Origin: Eledone cirrhosa
Taxonomy: Eukaryota
Length of the DNA stretch: 64,000 nt
Assembly (NCBI GenBank): GCA_964016885.1
Contig: OZ024743.1
Location: 364,374,001 to 364,438,000 of the forward strand
Direction: 5' to 3'
This document shows, one piece after another, positions 35,501 through 49,000 of the stretch. Within the stretch, counting starts at the first letter, position 1; each line of letters starts with the position of its first letter. The notes under the pieces were generated by a model. That model was not told the origin of the DNA. It saw nothing but the letters and a program-made list of their open reading frames with translations, and made no database searches. The translations under genes and the position numbers were made by a program.

Positions 35501-38500
35501 CAAGATGCTACATAGTGGAAGTGAATCATCACTTTAAAAAAATGTTTGCAAATATGTTTATGTCATTTAATTGTTTTATTATTATACATTTTTATGGAGG
35601 CACATGGCTTAGTGGTTAGAGCATTGGCCTTGCAATCGAAAGGTTGTGAGTTCAATTCTCAGACCGGGTGATGTGTTGTTTCCTTGAGCAAGACATTTTA
35701 TTTCACATTGCTCCAGTTTACTCAGCTGTAGAAATGAGATGATAGAGACTGGGGTCCATATCATTCCACTGCAAAGTGGTCGTGGAGGTGCCACGGCAAA
35801 AAAACACCCACTGTAAATGAGGTTGGTGTTAGGAAGGGCATCCAGCTGTAGAAATCAAGCCAGAATCAGTTCCCGTCCCACCCTTGCAAGCAGGGAAAAG
35901 CGGACGTAAAATGATGATGATGATAACTCAATTATTTATTCAATGTCAAAACATGAATACATATCCAATTATACATGGAATGGTCAAACCACTGTGTGTT
36001 GTGAAATGTTAAATAATAAATCACTGAAATGCAAACTCAAAGGGCATTTAATATAATTTATTAATTTTCATTTAACTGGACATGTGGACAAAGATGATGT
36101 AATGGATGATGATTGCTGAGTGAAGAAGGAAGATGTGTAAGATGCCAGCTGAGGAAGACATGAGATGAAGTGTTGAAAGGTGAATCCAGAATGCCGAACC
36201 TTGCAAAAGAGACGACAAAAGAACACAAGGACAATAGGCTGTTCTGGAGAAAACTCATCCAACTCATACCAGCATGGGAAACAGATATTATAATGGTGAT
36301 GGTGGTGACAATAATACATGGATAAAATCTTACTTACTCTGTTCTGAATGCAAGCACAAAGGATTCCAAAGATAAACAGCACAATTAAAAACACAAATAG
36401 TAAGCCACCCATTGTTGTGAAATCCCACTGAAAGTAAAAAAAAAATCATTTCCAAAATGTGGGAAAAATAATAAATTGAAATAAATACAAAAATAATATT
36501 CACATTAATGAAAAGTAAGATAAGATTGAGTACATCAAAGAAAATTAAGATGCCGGATCTGCGATGAAGTGATGACAGTTTTTAAATAAGATACAATATA
36601 TGTAATGTTATCCCGAGCAGATAATCTTTCGCCTTTTACTAAAGATTTCCATGGAAAAAAAGTCCAACCCTTGCAAGCAGGGAAAATATATATATATATA
36701 TAAACCAAATGAAAAAGATATATGTCACCTCGTGGACGAGAATGCGAGCACTCCTCTTTGTTTCGTCCGCGGATGGCTAACGTAATAATTAAAATAAGAC
36801 TTGTCCTCAATAAAACTACGGTGACAGTAATATCTGCGTACGCACCCCAATCCGGACTGCCCGGCACTATAAAAGACAGATTCTATGAGACACTGTTGCT
36901 AACTACCTCCCAAATATCTGACAGTGACTATATAATTATTGCAGGCGACCTAAATGGTCACGTTGGACAACATTGTGACGGCTACGACGAAATCCATGGA
37001 GGCTATGGGTTTGGTACTAGAAATGAGGAAGGCTCCAGAATCCTGGAATTCTGTGATGCAAATAACCTAACTATCTGTAACACTAACTTCAAAAAACGTG
37101 ACAATCACCTGATCACCTATAGATCAGGGGAACACACAAGCCAGGTAGATTATATCCTTACCAGAAGACGTGACAGAGTGTCTGTTGTAAACACTAAATC
37201 CCTCCCCCATGAAGAATGCACCTCCCAACATAGACTGATAATTAGCGACCTCATAGTCAGGACGAGACGTACTCGACAGCAGAAGAGGACTATCCTCAGG
37301 AGGAAAATATGGAAACTAAAGGACCCCACAGCCAGAAATAAATTTCAAAGCATATTACTTGATGCTTTCGACAGTAAGGAAGAGCATCTAGAATCGGACA
37401 ATATAGAGGGACAGTGGGAATTTCTGAAAGCAAACCTGCTGTTGGCGACAGACGAAGTCTGTGGCTGGAGCAGACCTGTAGGCAGGAGGAGAGTAACATG
37501 GTGGTGGAACAGTAGGGTGGAGGGGTCAATTAAGGCCAAAAAGCAGGCTTGGAAAGTATGGCGGGATGGGGGAAGTAGAGTAGACTATCAAGTGGCCAGG
37601 AGGGAAGCTAGGAGAGAAGTGTACTTAGCAAGAAGGGAAGCTGAGGAAAGAAAGTTCAAGCATGTTCTACAACGCGATGACCAAAAACGTGAGGTGTTCA
37701 GGATTGCCAGGCAATGCGTCAAGGAAAACCGTGATATTGTCGGGGAGAAGTGTGTACTTAACGATGATGGCATACTTGCCATCACCGACACTGATAAGAA
37801 GGTAGCTTGGAAGTGTCACTATGAAAGGCTACTAAATGAGGAGAATAAATGGGAGAAAGACAGTCTCCCCCATATCGACCCGATAGAGGGACCGGCAGTG
37901 TTAGTCGAGGGGAGTATAATAAGTAAGGCAATCAAGGATATGAAGACGGGTAAGGCGGCTGGGCCTTCGGAAATAGTTGCTGAGATGCTGAAGGCATCTG
38001 GCACGGTGGGACACACCATGGTCACCCGCATAGTTAACCAAGTCGTACAGAATGGGGTTGTTCCGAAGGACTGGCATAGCAGCATCATCGTTAACTGTTA
38101 TAAGGGTAAAGGAGACGCCCTAGATAGGAGTAACTATAGAGGCATTAAATTAATCGACCAGGTCATGAAGGTCACGGAAAAAGTAATAGCGCAACTAATC
38201 AGAGAGAGAATTGACCTAGATGAAATGCAGTTCGGGTTTGTGTCAGGCAAAAGCACCACAGACGCCCTTTTCATAGTACGACAACTACAGGAGAAGTACC
38301 TAGCTAAAGGTAGACCCCTCTACTTAGCTTTTGTCGACCTGGAGAAAGCCTTCGACAGAGTCCCCCGCTCCATTATCTGGTGGGCTCTTAGAAAACTAGG
38401 CGTTGACGAATGGCTTGTGAGGGCTATACAAGCCATGTATAAAGAAACAGTCAGCAAGGTTAGAATTAACAACGAATATAGTGAAGAGTTTAGCGTAAAA

Positions 38501-40038
38501 GTTGGCGTCCATCAGGGCTCTGTTCTCAGCCCCCTACTATTTATTATTGCCCTTCAGGCTATAACAGAGGAGTTCAAGACAGGCTGCCCATGGGAACTCC
38601 TATACGCAGACGACCTGACACTCATAGCAGAATCAATGGCCGAGCTAGAGAAGAAATTCCAAACATGGAAGCACGGCCTAGAGTCAAAAGGACTTAAAAT
38701 TAACCTGGCTAAGACCAAAGTTCTAGTTTGTAGGAAAGAAAACAAGGCGGCGGTCCCTTCTGGGAAATGGTCGTGCTCGGTGTGTAGGAAAGGCGTAGGT
38801 AGAAACTCCATTTTATGTCCTAAATGCAAAGTATGGGTGCATAAAAGATGTAGTGGGATCACAGGTAAGCTAACTAAGAACATAGATTTTACATGTGGCC
38901 GGTGTTCTGGTGCAATAAGTAGCAGCAAGTGCCCACAAAATACTAGCTCTTTCAATTGCGCAGAGGGTTCTATAGAAATAGTGGACAGCTTCCGTTACCT
39001 GGGCGATAAAATCAGCAGTGGGGGAGGGTGCTCTGAAAGTACTGTAGCTAGAGTCAGAACTGGTTGGAAAAAGTTCAGAGAGCTTATACCACTATTAGCT
39101 GCTAAAGGGTTCTCCCTAAAAATGAAAGGCAGGTTGTACGATGCCTGCATACGAACAGCAATGTTGCATGGTAGTGAGACCTGGGCATTGTGTGCAGAGG
39201 ATATACGCAGACTAGAGAGGAACGAAGCTTGCATGCTCCGCTGGATGTGTAACAGTAATATACGTGAACGGCAAAGCATAAACGAACTAAGGAAAAAATT
39301 AGAGATAAGAGGGATCAGATGTTGTTTACTCGAGAGAAGGCTGCGTTGGTATGGACACGTGATGCGCATGAAAGTCGATAGCTGTATAACAAAGTGCAGG
39401 GCAATAAAGATAGACGGTAGCCACGGAATAGGCAGACCTAGAAAAACATGGGATGAGCTGATAAACTCCGACCTCACACACTTACACCTCTCCAAGACAA
39501 TGTCACTGGACCGAGACCTTTGGCGGTACTCAGTAACAGAGAAAACCCGCCTTGCCAGTAGGCATCTCTAACAAAATACACCCCGTCCCGCCACCACCCC
39601 CACCCCATCCACACCACCCCGTTCTATGTAAAGTTATGTTGGTGCCGCGCCATCCAGGCCGAAACAAATGAGATCGTGTAGGTGTCACGACAAAAAAACA
39701 CACAGTCCACGCTGTAATGTGGCCGTGTAGGCAACACGGTAAAAACCTCCCAGACCCACACTGTAAATGTGGTTGGTGTTAGGAAGGGCATCCAACTGTA
39801 GAAAACCTGCCAGACAGTCCTATGCGAGCAAGACAATCACTCTTGCCTCAAGTGGGACTACCCCCGTCCAAACCCATGCAAGCGTGGAACACGGACGTTA
39901 AACGTTGATGATGATGATGATGATGATGATATGTATATATAGAGAGAGAAAGAGCCATATATCATATAACACAGTATATTGTATATATACAAATACATAT
40001 TCCATAGAAGAATTGATACAGTTGGTGTCATAAAAGAA

Positions 40039-40080
<42 letters not shown>

Positions 40081-40909
40081 ATGTTGAAAAGGTAACACAC
40101 TAGAGAGAGAGATAGTGCGCCATCAATCAAACAGGGAAAAACCACCAGTGTATGGAATCTGAAATGTATAGCCTTACACACGCTGATGGGCTATTCATTT
40201 CTGTCAACAACTTCTTGGTGAAACAGATCTCTGGATTTGTACGTGTGTGTTAGATAGTTATCGAGGTATGTATTTACACTTTAATTTATACTTTTAATTA
40301 TCGTGTGTCTACTCTGCCTTCCATGGGTTATAGATTCCATACACTGGTGGTTTTTCCTTGTTTGATTGATGGCGCACTATCTCTCTCTCTAGTGTGTTAC
40401 TTTTCAACATATTGTATTATAAAGAGCTCTGGATTCCTTCTCCTTTGAACACATTACTGACAGGGAATAGCGAGAGTCTATGGCTCCGTTAATTTATCGT
40501 TATATATATATATATATATATATAATGGTAAAAAACTGGGCAGTTTTATCCATAGTAAGTAGAGGACTCAGTCCAGAGGATGAGTTCAGTAAAGAGATAG
40601 TTCCACAACAAATTAGCAAACCATACTAGAGGGTGCATATTTCACCTAGTGGATTTTCAACCTATGTATGGCTGCGGTGAGAATAGAAATATATATGAGC
40701 TGACTGGAATCTGCACGAGATGTTGGTAGTTTCATGACAAGGGAAACAACTCAAATAGACTGTTGCAGGGTGGGGGGTGCAACTTTCGTTTGTGTTAAAG
40801 ATTTTGGTTAAACTTCTGGTTATCCTGGGTCCTTCCAGTTATGTAACAGAAAATTTGCAGAGTGGGGAGCATCGATTTTTTTTTTTTTTTTTTTTAAATA
40901 GAAAAAAAA

Positions 40910-40948
<39 letters not shown>

Positions 40949-43900
40949 GGCTCTTGTGTTAAGGCAAGTACGCTCTGCAAGATATTCACTCTTTCATCAA
41001 TACACAACTTACAGGACATGACTCCATTTCTGTATCGCCTGGATTTGGTTAGAACTTTCCATTGAGTGATCATACGTGGCTTGCCTGCTTCATGTATGAT
41101 CACTTATCAGAATGTCTAAAGGTCATCTGATGGTTAAGGAGGCGTCCATACCTATATATTTTGACCTCCTGCTGTCGATTCGATCGAGTGGATGTAACTT
41201 CAGCCTCATAGACGACTGTGGGTGTATTACAGTTGTTGAAGAGGGCATGATTCTCGCCTTCGACATGATCATCCAGGTGATGTGGTCTTTCATATTTTTA
41301 GCACAGGTATATCCAAGTTTCACTCTCTGATTATTAAAGATAGGTCTGTATTTATTTATGTCCTATAGGGAAGTGCTTGTCTAGGAGTGCCAAGAATTTC
41401 TTACCTAGGTTAGTAATTACTCCAAGTGAGAAGTGTGGGCAGAACCAAATTATTTTTTTCTTTCTACTTTTTTTTCTACTGGTAGCGTGATTAGGTGGGG
41501 AACAAACATTTTATTGGAGAAGCTGCTGTTAGCTAATACAGTATTATAGTAAGGTGCCGCTCTGTCAAAGATGGCTTTGTTAGAAGAAAGATTAGAAATT
41601 CTAGTGCTGATGTAGCTAAGTTTTTAATGACCATAGGTGGGTGACATGAGTCCTTGCATATACAAGTTAACTTTTCATTATGTTTGTGGAAAGGTTTGAA
41701 TATGTGCACAGGATAAATAAAATAGAAAAAACAGAAAAATGGACAGTTCGAACACCTTGGTCAACCTCAAGATATCAATACGGTTTCTGTGTATTAAGGT
41801 TAATACCGTTCATTCCAGTGCACATTGGGACATAACAATATATATATACCTGGGACAAGATGCACAATTCATACAAAGACTACCAGCCAAGGCCAAAGCA
41901 CACATCCCACAATAACATCAACACCACCAAATAGTAAATTGAAGGCTAAAACACGGCTAACTCGGAATCCTAAAATCTGCCAGTATTCCCGATGTGAGAG
42001 ACTATGTCTGCAGCGTGACTGTCTCTTCACACATCTTCCAGGGACCTGACGCTCTAACAGGGCTCCAAGCCAACACAAACCACAGTAAAAATATCCCCTG
42101 CTGCAGTAATGCTGGTCCAGTCTTTTCACAAAGACACAAAAACAACAACAAAATCAAAAACGCAACCAAAAGCGGAAACTACAACCCTATCCAACAGTGC
42201 AACCACATCGCAAAAATTGCTCCCTAAGCAGGAAAACCCTTTTTTAGCCATGATGAACTTGGCAAAAGAGATACAAAAAAAACCTTCTAGCCATCACTCA
42301 ACACCATCCAATGCTATTACCCTAGTGCACCAACTTCCCATATTGCTGTCACTAACACACAAACACAAAACAAGCCCCCTGCAACAGTCAAAACCAGCCA
42401 TTACACTAGCCTCAACATTTCTATTCAATGCACAAGGTGTTAGTCCTTCCATCAATGCACAAAAATGGAAGGTTCAAATCATTGAGGATTGGGTTGGTAA
42501 CCATCTATACCACATCACTTTCTTCATTCTTACTGTGACCCACCTTGACAACTCCCACTTGGAAGCTGAAGTGAAAGTGAAGAATTTCACAACCATCTGC
42601 GTGGATCATGTCGGCAGAAGGAAGGGTGGAACTACCATTTTCCTACATGATTCCTTTACGGCAGATGGAAATATCATATTCTCCAATGGCTACTGTGAAT
42701 CAGTCACTGTGCACAACAAAGCCAATGACTTGATAGTAGTTGGGCTCTATAGGCCACCCCAAACACCCAAACTAGACTTTAAAGAATGCCTCAAAAGCAT
42801 TAAGTGCTTTATTCAACAGTGCCATTCTGGTAACATATTTATGATGGGTAACTTTAATCAGTTTGAAACCAGGCGCTCCCACCTCCACCACTGACAAAGA
42901 AGCAATAGAGTCATTTTTCATCTTTATGAATAAGTTTTTCTTGTTCCAACTTGTCCTTGCACCAACAAGGTATCAGAAGAATATTTTGGACCTAGTGTTT
43001 AGTAACCACACTGACACTGTACATAATATTACAGTGGAAAAAAAACCCTTCTTTCAGACAATGACATGGTTCTCTGAAACCTGAGATTCCACCAGCTGAA
43101 AGCTAATCCTAGTGACCTCTCTCCACCCCACCTATTTGATAACATGGATCTCTATAATGCCAACTGGGATGCAATCATGAACGAGCTATCACATGTTGAC
43201 TGGACTTTCACACACGCACGCATCTCCACCAACATCAAAACATCTTGACAGATTTTTGTAGACACAGTCACAAACATATGTGCAAAACACACCCCACCGA
43301 GACCTGTGAGCAAAACTAAGTACAGAATGCCCCAAAACAGAAAAACTATTATCAAAAAAAATAGAAAGAATAAACAAAAAATTAACACACTAATATATAG
43401 CAACACACACATTCGGCTATCACACTACTCGAATAAAAAAAAATATAACCTCCAACAATGCATGAAGACCATCATCAATAACCAAAGAACAGCTGAGGAG
43501 AAATGGACCATTGAGAAAATCAAACTCAATGCCAAAGTGTTCTTTTCATTTGCGAAACAATACAAGGTCACTGAAAACTTTCTGTCCCAGTCTGCTGTCC
43601 CAGTTTTCAAAAAGGCAAACAAGTCCCTTGCAGTGAACTACCGTCCAATCTCACTCACCTCTCATATCATTAAGGTATTTGAGAGGGTGGTGAGATCATG
43701 AATAACTCACTTTCTTGAAAGCAACAAACTGCTGAACTCCAACCAACATGGGTTCTGTCATGGAAAGGCCTGCCTAACGCAGTTCCTGCATCACTTTGAC
43801 ACTTTGATGACATTTTAAGAGCTTTAGGAGAGGGCTCCAACACTGATGTCATCTATCTTGATTTCAGCAAGGCCTTTGACAGGGTTGATCACAACATTAT

Positions 43901-45077
43901 ACTGAAAAAAACTATCCAACATTGGTGTCTCTGGAAAGTTACTACAATGGATCAAGTGTTTCCTGACAGAGCCCAAAATGTTGTAGTCGAGGGAGTAATA
44001 TGAAGCCCAGCCAAAGTCAGTAGTGGCGTTCCACAAGGCAGTGCGTTGGGCCCACTTCTTTTCATTATTTATATAAATGACATTACTGACATCATCAAGC
44101 ACAGCAACATAAGAATCTTTGCAGATGATTCCAAGCTCCAGAAGGTTATCAATGGAGTGGGTGACCAGACATACCTTCAATCAGATCTACTGGCTGTTAT
44201 CCAATGGGCGGAAAAGAACAATATGCTACTGAATGAGGATAAATTTGAGTTAATCCACTTTGGAAAAGAGGATGCACTGAAACTTCCATATTCCCTTCCT
44301 TCAGGTGAAACACTCATGGCATCCAGCAACATCAAAGACTTGGGAGTAATTGTCGATAACAACATAAGCTGGGTCACTCATATAAACAGCAAAGTTGACA
44401 TGGCCTGCAGAATGTGATCCTGGATTCTCAGAACTTTCCAGTTGTGACATATCCACACTATTATCCTTCTCTGCTCCACTTTTGCCCAACCCCACCTTGA
44501 ATACTGTTGTCTACTCTGGTCTCCCCACACGAAACAAAGTATCATGAAAATTGAAGCACCTCAAAGGTCAATCACAAAAAAGATAGATGGCATGACAGGC
44601 CTTGACTATTGGGGTCAACTAGAAAAGCTCAACTTTTATTCTCTCCAATGCCACCGTGAGCGCTACACTATCTGCATGATGTGGAAAATATTCCATCAGC
44701 ATTGCCCAAATGATGTTGGCATTACCTTTAAGGTACACCGAAGGCTTAGGCCCCATGCTATCTGCCCACAACAAAAATCAAACTCACATCTCATAACAAC
44801 ATTACGGCACAATTATTTCACCTCAATTGGTCCTGCTCTCTTTAACATTACACCAAAACACATTCAAACAGAAACAGATCCTATAAAATTCAAAAAGTCT
44901 TTGGACAAATTCCTTCAAGAAATCCCCGAAAAACCTCCTGCACCCAGATGTGTCTCCGTAAACAATAACTCTCTACTTGAGTGAGCCATGGTGTCCAAAT
45001 CCTGATTTGAAAGACTTCATCAGGTGGTGCCATTAAGTTAGACATGGCCTGGGCCAATACTGGCTGAAACCTATCAA

Positions 45078-45121
<44 letters not shown>

Positions 45122-45980
45122 TGCTAGCATGGAAAAGAAAAGGTTTAATGGTGATGATACTTACACATCACCATCATCATCGTTTAGCGTCTATCTTCCA
45201 CGCTAGCATGGGTTAGATGGGAATTGTCCCACTTGAGGCAAGATTGGTCAGATATAGGACTATCTGGCAGGTTTACGGCTGGATGCCCTTCCTAACACCA
45301 ACCACATTTACAGTGTGGACTGGAAGCTTTTTACTGTTACCTACACAGCCACATTACAGCATGGACTGTGTGTTTTTTTTTTGTTGTGACACTTACGCGA
45401 TCTCATTAGTTTGGATTGGATGTTGTGGTACCAACATAGAAAGGGTGGTGTTGGTGAGATGGAGTAAGGGTAGTGGGTTGGGGTGTATATTTGGTTAAGA
45501 GGTGCCTACTGGACTGTAGGTTTCACTTTGTATGTAAGCAAGGCGGGTCTTCTGTATTATTGCGTGGCGCCAAAGATCTCGGGTCAGTGACATTGTCTTA
45601 GAGAGGTGCAAGTGTGTAAGGTCGGAATTTATCAAATCGTCCCAGGTTTTTCTGGGTCTACCTACTCCGTAACTACCATCAATTTTGATCGCCCTGCACT
45701 TTTTTATACAGCTGTCGTCTTTCATGCGCATCACGTGACCATACCAACAGTCTTCTCTCAAGTAAACAGCATCTGATCCCTCTTATTCCTAATTTCTCAG
45801 TTCATTTATGTTTTGCCGTTCATATATATTACTATTACACATCCAATGGAGCATGCATGCTTCGTTCCTTTCCAGTCTGCGCAGGTCCTCTGCACACAAA
45901 GCCCATGTCTCACTGCCATGTAACATTGCTGTTCGTATACAGGCATCATACAATCTGCTTTTCATTTTTAGAGAAACACA

Positions 45981-46018
<38 letters not shown>

Positions 46019-49000
46019 TAAATAAATAACCTTTAAATTGAGAATACAATACTTACTTTTGTCTGGAAAGCAAACAGCGTCAAAGAAGCCGATACAAGCT
46101 AGGAAAAACAAGAAGACAAAACAAAAGTTTTAGTTATTAGTATTGGTGCTCTGAAATAGTGATGTATACATGAATGATGTACAGTATATTTGGCAATATA
46201 CTGTATGTTTAATTAAAAACATTTAGAAGACCATTCGTTATGAGTTTTAAAGTAGTGACTGTCACTTATTCTCGGCAAAAACAACAGAGAGCGGCTGACA
46301 GACAGTCTGTTTCTCGCTTGTGAGCGTTTATCAAGACCACACACTCAGTTGCCTTTGCCGAGAATTATAGAAGCGGGATTCTTATAGAATTCCAGTAATA
46401 ATCAGGAGCTGTTTTAGTAATTTCAAAACCTCAATATGTAAATTAAACCATCTCAGTAAGTGATCAAAAACAAAAAAAATAGAAATGAGTGCCTAGTTAT
46501 CTAATAATAGCTACATAACACAATTTCCCAGCCTGGGGAGGAATTTACTCACAGGAGGTAAATTCTGCCTATTCAGGAAGCAAATTTGGTGATTCTGGAT
46601 TTGCATGTATTTGTTTTTTTCAATTACAATTGAAAACAACCTGAAGTTGAGAAGAACATTTGAAGTAAGCCTATTTTGTTTGTTTAATTAGTCATTTGGT
46701 TTCTTTCTACTATTTTGGACAGAACAATCAGTATGAGTTTCATTGTTTGATATGTTTACATTAACTGACAGTATTTGGTCTGAGTACTGGTATCTGTTCA
46801 TCATTAGTTGTTTTTAACATAATAAAGTTAAAAAACAGTGCTTTAACCCACCCTGAACCTGTTAGTTGTATTATGGTAGAGATGTAAACTTAAATTACTG
46901 AACAAAACAGGGTTAAGATAAATTGACTTGCACAAATTTGCCACAAAATAAAAAGGACAAAAAAAGTTGAAACCCTCTGATATAACATATCCAACCATAA
47001 ATTAGAATCCTGATTCTACAAGAAGAGTTTGAAGCAGAACCTAATAAAAACATTAATTTAATCACCAGCAACACAATAAGAACCTTATACAATGCTCATG
47101 ACAAAATCAATGGCTCATACATACAAAAGACATCACACTGAATACATCACATTAACTTTCAGTCAGCATATAGAAAATACAACTATTTACATATTTATGT
47201 AACTTCAGTTATATATATATATAATGAAATTATTGTGTACAGTGCTCAGGTGCACTACAACTCATCAAAGGTGCATGTATAGTACATAGAATAATGTACA
47301 AATGTCAGGAAAATAAACAGTGTATGAGTCATGATATAATAACAATAACAATAATGAAATATTGTGCACATCTTGTACTGTTTCTGTACAGATATGTATT
47401 TTTATCATATATCTCAGATACTTAGTACATAATTTAATATCTAACTGAATTAGCTACTAGTGTAGGTACTAATAATATCCAAATTGGAACTTCCAGTTTG
47501 CTGATACTATTGTATTTGGTTGGTTTATAAACCCATCAGTTACATATTTCTCTGTGAACTGAAATAAGAGTACAGTCTCTGAGGATGATTCAAACTATAC
47601 TTGAAACACGAATCAGGTTATTCACTCAGAACCATCACTTAACTATTTACTTTGTTTATTGGATACAAAACTTTTTACTAAGTTTGAGGGCAGAGTTCTG
47701 CAATGGGAAGTAGATTTTTGCATATTGGGATCTCATTTTTATCAGAAACAATCAGGAACAACTGTGCATATCACTTAAAAGAACATTTAAAGATAAAACG
47801 CATTATTGAGCATGGTATTCAGTTTTTATCATTACAATTTAACTAGAAAGCAATTGCTAAACACTCAGTTTTACCTAATATATAACTAACATACAAGACC
47901 ATTTTAAAAGTTTATTTGAGGAGGGGGAGGGACAACACCGATTTAATGATTTTATTAACCTAGTTTGTTTACTTGATAATGGATTTCTTTTGTAGCAGCT
48001 GAGAATGGTATTAAAGTATTTGCTATCTAAGATCTATACTCCTTTCACTAAATCCAGGTCATACCTATAATATTGGGATAACGCCATTTAAGGTTGTTTT
48101 TTTTTTGTTTTTGTTTATTATATACTTGAATAATGTGGATGAAATGTTAGATGTATAATAGTATTTTACACAAGTTCAAAAATAAACAATTTACAGATAA
48201 TATCAACACAAAAATTTGTTTCCATAAACAATAGATCAACACAGAAATTGCAATGTGGTTAAGAAGTTTGCTCAGCAACTACAGAACTGAGTTGGATACT
48301 ACTACACCATCACAGCCTCAGTTCAACCGAAACTTTGGATGGAATTTAGTAGGTGAAAAATGGGTAGAACCTCTAAGATGGAACAAATTCTGTTCTTGGG
48401 TGTTAGACTTAATCTGTCACCCAATCCATGGTTGCAAGCATTAGCAGAAAGTTTCTTGCCTCAGGATGACTTCTTCCTTCCCATCTCAGAAGCTCTGAAA
48501 AAGGTTATGGAGGTTACTTTTCTTCCTCTGACTTAGCAATTAAAAATAAATGAATAGCTATAGAATTAATATCAACCATAAAGAAAAGTAATACTTACTG
48601 CTGTGATACCCACAGCTATTAACACAGCCTCTTGATCATAGTGGCTTTAAAAAGAAAATATGAAAGAATACATTTTTAAAAGATTAAGAACAAAATTGAA
48701 ATATAATATTGCTGAAATAAATATATTTTTAGATGTATCTTTTTCTTAATCATTTGGTCAAAATTGGTACTGGTTCTATGAAACAAAACCACCCATTCAA
48801 AAGGGTTCTTCTTTGCATACTCATTTCTGAGAGTATTGTGGGGGCCCAAGTCCTCAGACACACCTTCATAAGGGTCCTATCAGAAGTAACTGTCTCCAGC
48901 CAAGCTTATAGATGTGATCTACCTCTGGGTCTCCTGCTGCTTGGTTTTGCCCATAAAATCTGTCCAGTGATTCTTTCCTTGGACATTCTAATCATGGTGT

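Noticed and set aside
35598-35670. tRNA gene
   Set aside because: A and B boxes are present, but the sequence continues into a SINE core and RTE tail and lacks a clean cloverleaf; it is a SINE head.
36722-36790. HDV-like ribozyme at the RTE 5' end (GTC-ACCTCGTG-GAC ... GCTAA)
   Set aside because: P3/L3-like and J4/2-like words are present, but I could not build non-overlapping P1, P1.1 and P4. A simple hairpin explains the sequence.
38554-39495. Antisense ORFs recurring opposite RTE copies
   Set aside because: Shadow ORFs of the RTE coding strand; their recurrence reflects repeat copies, not an independent gene.
40877-40946. T-run / A-run palindrome
   Set aside because: Homopolymer tract interrupting a Penelope remnant; possibly slippage or a sequencing/assembly artefact.
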